DNA from: a virus
IMG/VR virus record: IMGVR_UViG_3300028025_000091
Coordinates: 109,790-173,789 of that record
Reading direction: 5' to 3' (one strand)
DNA: 64,000 nucleotides
This document shows positions 18,039 through 28,877 of the stretch, piece after piece. The notes under the pieces are model-generated. The model ran no database searches, was not told the origin of the DNA, and was given only the letters and a program-made list of their open reading frames with translations. Both the position numbers and the translations under genes were made by a program. Every line of letters starts with the position of its first letter. Positions within the stretch are counted from its first letter, which is position 1.

Positions 18039-20507
18039 ATGGATTACGCAATTTGCTTAGATCAATTCTCAACTAACTTTGATGTTAATAATTTATCATC
18101 TAACGGTTTTAGTATTTACACAAACCTTGATAATTATACAACCCCAATAGCGCAAAATATCCCCTACCAGGATTTATTTGCACCTCCAATTGGAAACTGT
18201 CCTTTAGTAGTAACTCTACCTCAAGGGGCAACTCAATTAGTAGTAATTGATGCTTGTACAACTTTACCTACAAACATTGCTTCCATTTTTACCAACGGAT
18301 CAAGTACCGCTAACAACTTGATCACTCAATGTTGTTATGCTATAATCAATGTTCCTACTCAATCTATTTCATGGTGTGATACGGCAGATTTAAGTTTTGA
18401 TGTATTTAGTGCAAGTTTTGTAGGGCAAATTATAGCAGGAAACTTAAACAGCTCAATTGGATCTGTAACAGATTATACAATCGGTTGGTACAAAGATGGA
18501 GATTATTCATCCCCCGAATTTGTTTCGGGATACGGCAATGCATTTGTTCCTTACCAACTAACTCATCCATTAGCAGCAAATACAGCACCATATGTTACAG
18601 CAGGTGATTGGGAAGGTATTATTCACGATATAGCAATCAATGGAATTACTTATAGCAGTGTAAGTGGTTCTGCTAATGGAACTCCAATCCCTTTTATAAG
18701 CTGCTTTGGTACAATTGTAGTAGCTCCTCTTACTTGTAATAATGGAACATTTCCATTACCATATACCCACCAAAAATCATTTACCGCCGCAGGAAATGGA
18801 GCCCCACCACCAATAATTGGTGCTACTTATGTACTTTCTGATACTACAAATTATTTTGCATATAGATTTGATGGATATAATGTTTGGGATGAACTCGAAA
18901 TTAAATTTATTTCAGGTGATCCAAATAATACTGGAAATCCTTCTTTATATTCTCAACCTATTTACTTAGAAAAAGTCCAAATTGGTTTAGATGTTACAAA
19001 CCCTAATACTATTTCCCTTCCCCAAATTACTAATAATAATTATCCAAAAAAAATAAAATATAGTTACTATAAAAGAATATTTACCCTTACTAATATTTCT
19101 AGAAGTGCTAATCCTTCTCTTCCTGATTCTTTAGAAATAAAAATATCACCAAACTCAACAAATAATCAAACCAATTGGAAACTTCAGATGCAATGTCTAG
19201 ATACTTTTGATTGTGATGAATGTTTAGATCAAGCACCACCCCCAATTTCTTATGTTGAATTGAATAAAGATTGTTGTAATACTATAATTCCTACAATAAA
19301 GATAAGTTCTTCTTGTGATTCTGGGTTTGATATATGGGATTCAAAACTCCTCACTTACGCCCCATCAACAGTTAGTCAGGGATACACAATGGGGGGTAGT
19401 TATTTAGCATCTACTTTTACCCCTACCCCCATAGAAATACCCCTTTCCTTCTACCCTCTTCAAGTCATCGCATCCACTTCATGTTACTCAACTGGAATAA
19501 ATCCTTCAAATCCATGTAGTCCTGCTACTCCTAACTCAATAATAAGTTACCATAAATCAGTAACAACTGTTAATGGACAGCTTCAAGGGATAATTTCCAT
19601 GTCTTTTAATAATCAGACGGATTATCAATTTTATAAAGATAAATTAATTGATGCAAAAAATTCATTAAATAATGGATTAAGTGTTGCTAATTTTAATTTT
19701 AATCCAACCCAACCTCAATATTACAGCATGTTTAGGATATGGCTTCCAAAAACCACCGCTCCCTGTGGAGATGGGGTTATATATGAAGATTATTGGTTTC
19801 ATCCTTCTACTAATATAACATATGTTGAGAATCCATCAAATAATTATTGGTCTATTACAATACCAATGCCTACAATAATAAATGGACTTCCTCCAAGTAT
19901 TTGTTCTTCTTGTGATGATTACTCTTCTGGTAATACAACTATTATAAATGCTAGTTCTTTAGGAAGCCCTGATTTAGATGTAACTAATAATTATGGAAGT
20001 AAACTCCAAACCCCAGTTGGATACCTACTTGTTAACTCTTACCCAGGAGGATATCAACCAAATGATATGATGTGGGATGTTGTAAATTCTAGACAAATGC
20101 CCTATTATTCATGGAATACTCTTCCATTTATTTCATCTGTTTCATCTCCAACAGGATGGGTTAATTTACCTACATTAAATGCCAATCCATGTCCCTCTTT
20201 AGTATCTTCAAATATGCCATATTCTACTAATGGATATCCCACTCTTACCCATGTAGGATTTTCAAATTATGGATATGATATACATTATTTTCTTAAATTC
20301 CCTAATTTAACGGCTAGTGTAGATTGGTTCCAAATATATACAGGCGTTACCTCTTCTAATGGCGGGCATGTTGGTCCTCTGTATACACCATCCCCCCAAT
20401 ATATGATTTATGAATATAGTGCTTCAATAGGTACAGTTTATTCATCTTCATATTTTATAAATGGTGCCCCAACATTAAATATTGAAACAACTTTTCCAAA
20501 TTGTTAA
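18039..20507 (+). CDS. Large hypothetical virion-type protein
   Basis: 822 aa, Ser/Thr/Asn/Pro/Cys-rich, preceded by AATATTTATAA. Confidence 0.6.
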   Translation: MDYAICLDQFSTNFDVNNLSSNGFSIYTNLDNYTTPIAQNIPYQDLFAPPIGNCPLVVTLPQGATQLVVIDACTTLPTNIASIFTNGSSTANNLITQCCYAIINVPTQSISWCDTADLSFDVFSASFVGQIIAGNLNSSIGSVTDYTIGWYKDGDYSSPEFVSGYGNAFVPYQLTHPLAANTAPYVTAGDWEGIIHDIAINGITYSSVSGSANGTPIPFISCFGTIVVAPLTCNNGTFPLPYTHQKSFTAAGNGAPPPIIGATYVLSDTTNYFAYRFDGYNVWDELEIKFISGDPNNTGNPSLYSQPIYLEKVQIGLDVTNPNTISLPQITNNNYPKKIKYSYYKRIFTLTNISRSANPSLPDSLEIKISPNSTNNQTNWKLQMQCLDTFDCDECLDQAPPPISYVELNKDCCNTIIPTIKISSSCDSGFDIWDSKLLTYAPSTVSQGYTMGGSYLASTFTPTPIEIPLSFYPLQVIASTSCYSTGINPSNPCSPATPNSIISYHKSVTTVNGQLQGIISMSFNNQTDYQFYKDKLIDAKNSLNNGLSVANFNFNPTQPQYYSMFRIWLPKTTAPCGDGVIYEDYWFHPSTNITYVENPSNNYWSITIPMPTIINGLPPSICSSCDDYSSGNTTIINASSLGSPDLDVTNNYGSKLQTPVGYLLVNSYPGGYQPNDMMWDVVNSRQMPYYSWNTLPFISSVSSPTGWVNLPTLNANPCPSLVSSNMPYSTNGYPTLTHVGFSNYGYDIHYFLKFPNLTASVDWFQIYTGVTSSNGGHVGPLYTPSPQYMIYEYSASIGTVYSSSYFINGAPTLNIETTFPNC

Positions 20508-20528
20508 ATATAAAATAATAAAAAAATT

Positions 20529-20551
20529 AGGCCCCTCAAAGGGGCCTTTTT
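20529..20551 (+). terminator. Rho-independent terminator
   Basis: AGGCCCCT-CAA-AGGGGCCT followed by T-run. Confidence 0.8.
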
Positions 20552-20575
20552 ATATTTCCCGTAAAAATAAGTTAT

Positions 20576-21070
20576 ATGATTCTTTTCACCTCCAAACAAA
20601 TCCAAGACAAAGTAACAGAAATAGCCCATGCTATTGACTTCAAACATACAGTAGACGATGATGTAGTAATGATTTGTCTATTAAATGGTGGATTTATGTT
20701 CTTTAGTGATTTAGTAAAAAACATGTCAACGGATATTGAATGTGACTTTATGAGAGTAAAATCATATAATGGTCAAGAACAAGGTTTAATCCATATTACA
20801 AAAGACATTGAGACAAATATTGAAGGAAAAACAGTATATGTAGTAGATGACTTTTATGATACTGGAAATACTTTAGATATTGTTGTAGAACATTTATCTA
20901 CCCACAACCCAAAATCAATTGAAATGATTACTCTATTGACTAGAGATATTTCCCCACTCCCAGAATATCCTTTACACTATGGTTTTATGATCCAAGATCA
21001 ATGGGTAGTAGGTTATGGGATGGATAACAATAAAAAAGAGCGCAATTTAGATTACATTTATGTACTTTAA
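20576..21070 (+). CDS. hpt: Hypoxanthine-guanine phosphoribosyltransferase family
   Basis: LLNGGFMF..DL, KSY, VYVVDDFYDTGNTL PRPP-binding motif, WVVGYGMD. Confidence 0.9.
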   Translation: MILFTSKQIQDKVTEIAHAIDFKHTVDDDVVMICLLNGGFMFFSDLVKNMSTDIECDFMRVKSYNGQEQGLIHITKDIETNIEGKTVYVVDDFYDTGNTLDIVVEHLSTHNPKSIEMITLLTRDISPLPEYPLHYGFMIQDQWVVGYGMDNNKKERNLDYIYVL

Positions 21071-21120
21071 TTTGGATACCCAAAATATCCTTCATACATT
21101 CATACAAAATAATAAGTTAT

Positions 21121-21819
21121 ATGTCAGAAAACAAACGTAAAAAACAGCACACAGATCTAGAATGTGTACAAATTGGTTTTGCAAATGGGGTTGCACCCGG
21201 TTTCCCACTTACAGAACCAGAAAAATGGAAAATGGTAGATGAAGCAGAAGAAGCTTATGGTAAGTTCTTAACTGCATTAGGTGTAGATTGGGAAAACGAC
21301 CCAAACTCATCTGATACACCTCGCCGTGTAGCCAAAGCCTATGTATTTGATTTATTTGCAGGTAGATATAATGCAATGTCAGATATTACTTCATTTCCAT
21401 CAGACGGTTACGATGGTATTGTAATCGAAAGAAACATTCCAGTTACTTCAATGTGTTCACACCACCACCAAACAATTGGAGGAGTAGTTCATATTGGTTA
21501 TGTAGTTGGAAACGAAGGACGAGTAATTGGTCTATCCAAATTGAACCGTATTGTAGAATTATTCGGTCGTAGAGGTGCTATCCAAGAACAATTAACTTCA
21601 GCAATCCACAATGCAGTAAATAAAATTTGTGAGAAAAACAGAGGTGTAATTGTAACTGTAGTAGCAACCCACAACTGTGTATCTTGTAGAGGTGTTAAAC
21701 ACCAAGGTGCTTCAATGGTAACTACAAAAGCATCAGGTGTATTCTTGGAAAACGATAACCAAGCACGTAAAGAATTCTTCGATTCAATCAAAATTAATAA
21801 CGGAGGACACCAGATATGA
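21121..21819 (+). CDS. folE: GTP cyclohydrolase I
   Basis: DTPRRVAK, SMCSHH, GLSKLNRIV, QEQLT, HNCVSCRGV. Confidence 0.96.
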   Translation: MSENKRKKQHTDLECVQIGFANGVAPGFPLTEPEKWKMVDEAEEAYGKFLTALGVDWENDPNSSDTPRRVAKAYVFDLFAGRYNAMSDITSFPSDGYDGIVIERNIPVTSMCSHHHQTIGGVVHIGYVVGNEGRVIGLSKLNRIVELFGRRGAIQEQLTSAIHNAVNKICEKNRGVIVTVVATHNCVSCRGVKHQGASMVTTKASGVFLENDNQARKEFFDSIKINNGGHQI

Positions 21820-22436
21820 CCAAATTAGAAACAACCCAATCTAAATTAATAGAATTGCTACTTGATCAAGTCATTAGTCTTTCTATGATGTCCAAAATCG
21901 AACTTGGAAATGATGTGCTAGAAGAGCTTAACACGCTAAACAGAGAAATTTCCCAAATAAGAGAAAGCTATGTTCCATTTGTGTCAGAAGTTGAGGAATT
22001 TAATGCAGTTATGGGAAAACCCAATAATTATAACCCGGTCATTCCCGAGGAGAAGGAGTGGATGTTTGTGTATAATTTCATTTTGGAAGAACTCGAGGAA
22101 TATAAACATGCGTGTGAAACAGGCAATATTGTTGAAGTGCTTGATGCTCTATGTGACATTACCTACGTCTCGCTTGGTAACGGCGCTATGTTACATGGTC
22201 TTAAGGATAAAGTATGGCCTGCGTATCAAGAAGTACAAGCATCGAATCTTAGTAAAGCTTGTATTAGTGAAGAAGAGGCACAAGAAACCGTTAGAGTACG
22301 TTCCACAGAGCAAGAGGAACCATGTCACTATGAACAGGTTGGTAAATATTATATCGTCTATAGAACACGCGATCGCAAAGTCATGAAGAACATTAATTAC
22401 TTCAGACCTGATCTTACCCAATTTTTAAACAAATAG
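21816..22436 (+). CDS. MazG-like (PRA-PH-like) NTP pyrophosphohydrolase with N-terminal extension
   Basis: V.EF...M, ILEELEEY, DALCDITYV, EVQASNLSK, KVMK...YF.PDL. Confidence 0.8.
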   Translation: MTKLETTQSKLIELLLDQVISLSMMSKIELGNDVLEELNTLNREISQIRESYVPFVSEVEEFNAVMGKPNNYNPVIPEEKEWMFVYNFILEELEEYKHACETGNIVEVLDALCDITYVSLGNGAMLHGLKDKVWPAYQEVQASNLSKACISEEEAQETVRVRSTEQEEPCHYEQVGKYYIVYRTRDRKVMKNINYFRPDLTQFLNK

Positions 22437-22438
22437 TT

Positions 22439-22747
22439 ATGAGAGAACCATTAGAAATTATTACTGAAATTAGAGGTTTTATATCGAGTCAAAACCCTAT
22501 GAGATTTCCACATCAAGAAACAATTTTAATAAATCTACTTAATGAGTTGGAAGTAACATTATCTCCTATTGAAGAAGTAGGAGTTGAAGAACCAATTGTA
22601 GAGGTTGTTGAAGAACCAACAGAAGAATTTAATGAAGATATTAGTGAATCTCTTTCAAACATTTTATCTCTTTTAGAAAATGGAGCCACTGAAGAACCAA
22701 TTGTAGAGGTGGTTGCACCTAAAAAAACAACAACTAGAAAAAAATAA
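22439..22747 (+). CDS. Hypothetical acidic protein
   Basis: EEPIVEVV repeated twice; basic tail. Confidence 0.55.
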   Translation: MREPLEIITEIRGFISSQNPMRFPHQETILINLLNELEVTLSPIEEVGVEEPIVEVVEEPTEEFNEDISESLSNILSLLENGATEEPIVEVVAPKKTTTRKK

Positions 22748-22762
22748 TTTAAAATAAAAGTT

Positions 22763-25492
22763 ATGTACCAATCTGTTTTTTATAACAGGTTACCAGGAGA
22801 AGATCAGTACCATTACTATCTGAGGGACGATAAAAAAGGAATACACAAATTCCAATATTGGCCTACCCTATATAAGCTCGATGAAGATGGAGAATTCGAG
22901 ACCCTATTCGGTGATCGATGTTCTCCATTTCAGGGCAAATATGATAGAAAAGATCCTACAATTTATGAAAAGGATATTGATCGTGAACTAGTAATCTTAA
23001 GAGATCTGTATTACAAGACAGATGAAATGCCCTCATACCACAACACAGTTTATCTGGATATTGAGATTGAAATTCTAGGAGCACTTACACCACAAACCAT
23101 TAGAGAAGCAAACGCTGAGGTTACAGCTATTGCTTTAATCGATGTTTCCACTAAGGAAAAAATATGTTTTATCTTAGATAAAGCAGGTGCAATTGAAGAC
23201 TTAAATCAAGATGGTAAAGTAATTGTATCTTGTCCTGATGAAAATACTTTGTTACGTAAGTTTTTATTAAAGTGGGAACAAATGGACCCTACAATTGTTG
23301 CAGGATATAACAGTGATTTCTTCGATATTCCCTATTTGTACTATAGAATACAAAAACGCTTAGGAGATGAAGTATATCGTTTATCCCCTATAGGTAAAAT
23401 TACAGAAACATTATCCCAACCAAATGACCCAATCAGAATTGGCTTAGTTAACAGTTTGGACTATATGTTGCTGTTAAAAAAATATATCGCCAAAGAAGAA
23501 CCATCGTATAAGTTAGGTGATATTGGACTTAAATATGCTAAGCTAGGTAAGATTGAATACAATGGTAGTTTAGATACTTTATTTAGAGAAGATCCAATCA
23601 AGTTTATAGACTATAACATTCGAGATGTTGAAATCATTGAGGTGTTAGAGGAAAAATTAAAGTTCATTGAATTGACCATTTTGATTTCCCATTTATGTCA
23701 TACACCATATGAATCAATCTACTACAATACAGCATTGAATGAGGGAGCGATTTTAACGTATCTAAAACGCAAGAATATAATTGCACCCAATAAACCGACT
23801 ACAACAAATCCATCCATTAGAGAGCTTGAACTCGGTGATCACGTTATACATCAACGAGGTACTCCAACAATTGAAGGTACTGTATATAGCTTTGAGAAAG
23901 ACAATATTGTTGTAAAAACAATGTCTGGAAAATATATGAACCGTTACCCTAAAACAATCCGTAAAAAAGATAGTTATGCAGGTGGTTATTTGCTTGACCC
24001 TATCCCTGGACTATACTCAGATGTAAGTGACCTTGACTTTACCTCACTATACCCTTCAATTATCAAATCTTTGAATTTGGGTGTTGAAACATTGGTAGGT
24101 AGAATTATTACAAAGAACAACTACGAACAGTACAATTCACTTGAGCAGTTAAAGAAACTTGACCCCGAAGAAAAACTACACATACAAAAGCTAGTCAAAT
24201 CTACTTATGCTTTAAAAGATGCTACAATAGCAGCCGGTGCCTTAATCCGCCTAATCGAAGACAATAATTGGACCATTTCAGCCAGTGGAGCGTTCTATAG
24301 AACAGATCAAAAGAGTATTGCTTGTGAGGTACTAGAGGATTGGTTTGATAAGCGAGAGCACTATAGAGCGCTTAAGAAAACAGCAGGTAAATCAGAAGAT
24401 TGGGTAAACTACAAGCTATATGACTTGTACCAAATGGCATTCAAAATCCTCCAAAACGCATTATACGGTACGTATGCAATTAATTCATGGCGTTTTACCG
24501 ATGGATTCAAAATATGTTCTGCTGCCATTACAAATAGTGGACAACGTTTAACTAAAGAATCTATTGCATTTGTAAACGACTACATTTCAGAACAATTAGA
24601 TATTGACCCTAGAACATTTGTAATCGCCTCTGATACCGATTCACTTTATATGGAGTTAACTGACTTATTAAAGCACAGAAATCCAGATTTGGAATACGAT
24701 AACCGTGAAGAGAAAATTAAACGATTGCTTGTTTTAACCGAGGAACTACAACAGGTAGCAAACGATAATCTGAACAATATATCGCAGGATCTGTTCAATA
24801 TGACCGAAGCACACCACTTTGTGTTAAAACAAGAGGTAATCGCTGAAAAAGCGTATTGGTCTGGAAAACGCCGTTACGCAATGTATATTGTAAATAAAGA
24901 AGGTGTTGAAATCGAGGAACTAGAGATGAAAGGATTAGACATTATGAAATCCAATTTCCCACCTCTATTTAGAAATTTTGGAGAAAACCTGATCAAAAAT
25001 ATCCTATTTGGTAAACCAAAAACCGAAATAGATAAAGACGTAATGGAATTCAAACAAATGGTAGGTGAAATCGAATGGATCAAGCTATTGAAACCAACTG
25101 GATTGAAGAAAATGGGTGAATATATTGAGCGTAGACCTATGGCAGGCGAATTATTTACCAAACTGAAATTGAAATGTCCGGTAAACACTAAAGCAGCCAT
25201 TAGATACAACGATTTCTTGAGATACAAGAAACTCAATGTCAAATACCCTGAATTTACAATTGGAGACAAAATGTATATAGCCAATTTGAAACCAAATCCA
25301 TACCAGATTGATGCTATAGGATACAACGGTTACAATGACCCAGATGACATTACTGAATTGATCAATAAGTACATTGATAGAGATGGTTTATTTGATAGTG
25401 TAATGCGAAACAAATTAGAAACAGTGTACAATGATATCGGTTGGGATTTCAATTTGAACCCATTTAAAGCAAAGTTCTTTACATTTAACTAG
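22763..25492 (+). CDS. Family B DNA polymerase with 3'-5' exonuclease
   Basis: DIE, YN..FFDIPY, YNIRDV, DFTSLYPS, KILQNALYG, DTDS, KRRY. Confidence 0.97.
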   Translation: MYQSVFYNRLPGEDQYHYYLRDDKKGIHKFQYWPTLYKLDEDGEFETLFGDRCSPFQGKYDRKDPTIYEKDIDRELVILRDLYYKTDEMPSYHNTVYLDIEIEILGALTPQTIREANAEVTAIALIDVSTKEKICFILDKAGAIEDLNQDGKVIVSCPDENTLLRKFLLKWEQMDPTIVAGYNSDFFDIPYLYYRIQKRLGDEVYRLSPIGKITETLSQPNDPIRIGLVNSLDYMLLLKKYIAKEEPSYKLGDIGLKYAKLGKIEYNGSLDTLFREDPIKFIDYNIRDVEIIEVLEEKLKFIELTILISHLCHTPYESIYYNTALNEGAILTYLKRKNIIAPNKPTTTNPSIRELELGDHVIHQRGTPTIEGTVYSFEKDNIVVKTMSGKYMNRYPKTIRKKDSYAGGYLLDPIPGLYSDVSDLDFTSLYPSIIKSLNLGVETLVGRIITKNNYEQYNSLEQLKKLDPEEKLHIQKLVKSTYALKDATIAAGALIRLIEDNNWTISASGAFYRTDQKSIACEVLEDWFDKREHYRALKKTAGKSEDWVNYKLYDLYQMAFKILQNALYGTYAINSWRFTDGFKICSAAITNSGQRLTKESIAFVNDYISEQLDIDPRTFVIASDTDSLYMELTDLLKHRNPDLEYDNREEKIKRLLVLTEELQQVANDNLNNISQDLFNMTEAHHFVLKQEVIAEKAYWSGKRRYAMYIVNKEGVEIEELEMKGLDIMKSNFPPLFRNFGENLIKNILFGKPKTEIDKDVMEFKQMVGEIEWIKLLKPTGLKKMGEYIERRPMAGELFTKLKLKCPVNTKAAIRYNDFLRYKKLNVKYPEFTIGDKMYIANLKPNPYQIDAIGYNGYNDPDDITELINKYIDRDGLFDSVMRNKLETVYNDIGWDFNLNPFKAKFFTFN

Positions 25493-25524
25493 GATACCTA
25501 AAAAATATTTCATACATTCATAAT

Positions 25525-26259
25525 ATGGTAAATAAATTAGTACTTCAGTCAGTTATAAACAAATACTACTTGGGCGAAAACGAGTCCGTCAAGTGGAAAA
25601 TTAAAGACAAAACCCTTACAATTGACTTTATGTCAATTTCAAAAGAGGTAATAGGTAAAATCACTCACAACAATATTGATATTGAGGATAGTGAGTTAGC
25701 CATTTTCGATACCAAAAAACTATTGAACCTATTAGGTATTACTCAAGGTGACTTAATGTTTGAGTTAGAGAAAGGCAGATCAGTCTATACCAAAATGAAA
25801 TTTGCTGATGCCTCATTTAACTTAACTTATGCACTAGCTGATCCTTTACTAATTGGTAAAGTAGGTGCTGTAAGTGAACCGGAATGGGATGCTATACTTC
25901 CACTTGAAAAAGAAAATGTCGACAATCTAGTTAAAGCAAAATCTGCTTTAGCAGGAGTTGGTTTATTAACAGTATCTGTTGATAAAGATTTGAACGATGA
26001 TGATATGTGTGTATTCACATTTGGAGATGAGCAAGGTCACAACAACAAGATCACTTACCAAATGTATGGCCTAATCAAACAACAAAAATGTGAAATCCCA
26101 TTCAATTCAGATATATTCAAAAACATATTTCAAGCAAACAAAGACCTTGAACGTGGTACCTTATATTTGAGCTACCAAGGTTTAATGAAACTTGAATTCA
26201 AATCCGAAGACACTACCAGCGAATACTATATGGTTCGTAAAGAAGAAAGTGCCTTCTAG
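25525..26259 (+). CDS. Sliding clamp (T4 gp45/PCNA-like)
   Basis: Size, position after the polymerase, AIFD..KLL.LL and C-terminal Y.MV pattern. Confidence 0.65.
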   Translation: MVNKLVLQSVINKYYLGENESVKWKIKDKTLTIDFMSISKEVIGKITHNNIDIEDSELAIFDTKKLLNLLGITQGDLMFELEKGRSVYTKMKFADASFNLTYALADPLLIGKVGAVSEPEWDAILPLEKENVDNLVKAKSALAGVGLLTVSVDKDLNDDDMCVFTFGDEQGHNNKITYQMYGLIKQQKCEIPFNSDIFKNIFQANKDLERGTLYLSYQGLMKLEFKSEDTTSEYYMVRKEESAF

Positions 26260-26327
26260 TATGTATAACAGAATTAGGAAATTCAAATAAGTTTTTGTAT
26301 ATTACAGTTATAAATTTAAATTTAGTT

Positions 26328-26684
26328 ATGGAAGAAACCAAAAGACGCGGTCGTCCCGCTAGAGACGAGAATGACACACAATCAAATTTATGTACAATTA
26401 AAGATCCATCAATGGAGCCTTTTTATATTGTCAAAGATTCATCCAATTTTACCGTTGTAGAAAGATCAACATCCACAAGAGGATTTGCTGGTAAAGAAGC
26501 AACCGGTAAAGAAACAGAGAAAGTAATAGGTTATTACTCTTCATTCAAAAATGCGCTGAACCGCGTAGCCAAAGAAAAATTTTATGAAAACCAAGCCGAA
26601 TACGATACCATTCAAGATTATATCGGTACTTGGAATACAGTCAAAGAAGGAATGGAAACAATGTTAAACAAAGTAGAGTTATGA
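26328..26684 (+). CDS. Hypothetical protein with N-terminal RGRP motif
   Basis: ATG after TAGTT; KRRGRPA. Confidence 0.6.
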   Translation: MEETKRRGRPARDENDTQSNLCTIKDPSMEPFYIVKDSSNFTVVERSTSTRGFAGKEATGKETEKVIGYYSSFKNALNRVAKEKFYENQAEYDTIQDYIGTWNTVKEGMETMLNKVEL

Positions 26685-26986
26685 GTAAATTAGAAGCATT
26701 ATTTGATGCGGTAATCGTTAAGCCGCTTGAATTAGAAGAAACCCAATTTGGTTCAATCTTCATTCCAGATGCAGGAAAAGACAGAAACGAACAAGGAGAA
26801 GTAGTAGCAGTAGGCCCAGGATCAGAGTACGGAGGTATTGGATTTATTCCAACCCAAGTAAAAGTAGGAGATATTGTAATTTTGCCTACAATGGGATTCT
26901 CAAGATTGCAATTCCAAGGAGATGAATACTATATCGGAAAAGAAAGAGAAATTTTAGCTAAAGTAAATAAAAAAGAAAATGAGTAA
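26681..26986 (+). CDS. groES: Co-chaperonin GroES
   Basis: LFDAVIV, IFIPD, GEVVAVGPG, VKVGDIV, EILA. Confidence 0.93.
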   Translation: MSKLEALFDAVIVKPLELEETQFGSIFIPDAGKDRNEQGEVVAVGPGSEYGGIGFIPTQVKVGDIVILPTMGFSRLQFQGDEYYIGKEREILAKVNKKENE

Positions 26987-28616
26987 GAGAATTGAATTTG
27001 GAGCAGAAGCTCGAAAAAAGTTAGTTAAAGGTATTGACACTATTGCAGATGCAGTAGTAGCAACTTTAGGTCCAAACGGACGCAATGTTGTATACATTGA
27101 AAATGGAGTAGTTGTTTCAACAAAAGATGGTGTATCTGTAGCAAAACAGATTGTTTCATTGGAAGATCCAATTGAGGATTTAGGTGCTCAAATGGTAAAA
27201 CAAGCAGCTATCAAAACAGCTGACCATGCTGGAGATGGTACAACAACATCTACTTTGTTGGCACGCGAGTTAGTTAAAGGCGGTTTAACTAAATTAAACG
27301 AAGGAGCAAATGCAGTTGAGATCAAACGTGGGATTGATGCAGGTGTAAAAGAAGTATTAGCTACACTTAAATCAAATTCAGAAAAAATTTCATCTGAAGA
27401 ACAGTTAGAACAAATTGCTACCATTTCAGCAAACAATGATCCTGAAGTAGGTAAATTGATCTCTCGTGCTATGGAAAAAGTAGGACGTGAAGGTGTAGTT
27501 TACATTGAAGAGTCTAAAACAGACGAAACATATTTGGAAGTTGTAGAAGGTATTCAATTTGAACGTGGTTACAAATCTCCATATTTTGTTACTAACAATA
27601 GTACAATGACAGCAGTTCTAAACGATTGTTATATCTTGTTAGCAGACCACCGTTTCAACCCAGTTAAAGAATTGGTTCACATTTTGGAAGGTGTAGCTCA
27701 AAGCGGAAAATCATTATTGATCATCGCAGAAGATATCGATGGTGAAGCATTAGCAGCACTTATTGTAAACAAAATGCGTGGTACACTTAAAGTAGCTGCA
27801 GTTAAAGCACCTGACTTTGGTGAGCGTCGTAAATTGATCCTTGAAGATATTGCTATCTTAACTGGTGGTAAAGTATTTGACAAGGAAAAAGGAATGAAAT
27901 TGGATAAATTTGATTTCGCTTGGTTAGGTAAAGCTCAAACAGTAACAGTTACTAAAGAAAAAACTACAATCGTAGATGGTGGTGGTGAAGAAGAAGCAAT
28001 TACTTCAAGAGCAGAAGAACTTACAGCACAAATCGAAAAAGCTGCTACACCATTTGAAGCAGAAAAATTACAAGAACGTTTATCTAAATTTGTAGGTGGT
28101 GTTGCTTTGGTTCACGTAGGTGGAAGTACTGAAACCGAAATGAAAGAGAAAAAAGATCGTGTAGACGATGCTTTACACGCTACACAATGTGCCCTAGAAG
28201 ATGGTATTGTACCAGGTGGAGGCTCAGCTCTATTATATGCACGTGAAGGTATCACTTATTCAAAATCTGAATCAGATGATTTCAAATACGGTAAAAAATT
28301 AGTTTACAGAGCATGTGGTAAACCGTTTGAAACAATTTTACACAATGCAGGTTACGATGAGCGTGATATGTACCCAATCAACATGCAAATTGGTAAAGCC
28401 AAAGGTGTATGGAGCGGTTACAACATCAAAACCGAAACTATCGTTGACATGAAAGAAGCAGGTATTATCGATCCACATAAAGTGACTAAAAATGCACTTA
28501 TGAACGCAGCTTCAATTGCCGGAACAATCCTATTAACAGAATGTACAATCGTTGATACTCCAGAAGATAAAAAAGAAGGTGGATTTGATCCTTCTATGAT
28601 GGCTGGAATGATGTAA
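26979..28616 (+). CDS. groEL: Chaperonin GroEL
   Basis: TLGPNGRNV, KDGVSVAK, GDGTTT, GGM tail. Confidence 0.98.
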   Translation: MSKRIEFGAEARKKLVKGIDTIADAVVATLGPNGRNVVYIENGVVVSTKDGVSVAKQIVSLEDPIEDLGAQMVKQAAIKTADHAGDGTTTSTLLARELVKGGLTKLNEGANAVEIKRGIDAGVKEVLATLKSNSEKISSEEQLEQIATISANNDPEVGKLISRAMEKVGREGVVYIEESKTDETYLEVVEGIQFERGYKSPYFVTNNSTMTAVLNDCYILLADHRFNPVKELVHILEGVAQSGKSLLIIAEDIDGEALAALIVNKMRGTLKVAAVKAPDFGERRKLILEDIAILTGGKVFDKEKGMKLDKFDFAWLGKAQTVTVTKEKTTIVDGGGEEEAITSRAEELTAQIEKAATPFEAEKLQERLSKFVGGVALVHVGGSTETEMKEKKDRVDDALHATQCALEDGIVPGGGSALLYAREGITYSKSESDDFKYGKKLVYRACGKPFETILHNAGYDERDMYPINMQIGKAKGVWSGYNIKTETIVDMKEAGIIDPHKVTKNALMNAASIAGTILLTECTIVDTPEDKKEGGFDPSMMAGMM

Positions 28617-28617
28617 T

Positions 28618-28866
28618 ATGGAACAAGTAGAATACAATGAATTAATCGCTGAACGAGTACCACCTGGAGACAAGTGGTTACTCGTTGGCGATTCTACTAA
28701 AACAATATACAATTCACTTACAGAAGTTTTAGAGGCATGGTTTGAAAAAAACCAAGAGAAAGCGGAGTTCCGTTTAGCTCCTTTGGATAGTAAAGTATAT
28801 GTTATTCGAACTGAAAGTAAAACACCTGAACCACCTAAGCGATACAACATTTACGGGGATTATTAA
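28618..28866 (+). CDS. Hypothetical protein
   Basis: 82-aa ORF. Confidence 0.6.
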   Translation: MEQVEYNELIAERVPPGDKWLLVGDSTKTIYNSLTEVLEAWFEKNQEKAEFRLAPLDSKVYVIRTESKTPEPPKRYNIYGDY

Positions 28867-28877
28867 TATGTATAATT

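Noticed and set aside
22763-25492. Intein or intron in the DNA polymerase
   Set aside because: The insertion is only ~50 aa, without intein terminal motifs (C/S...HN), and the ORF is continuous.
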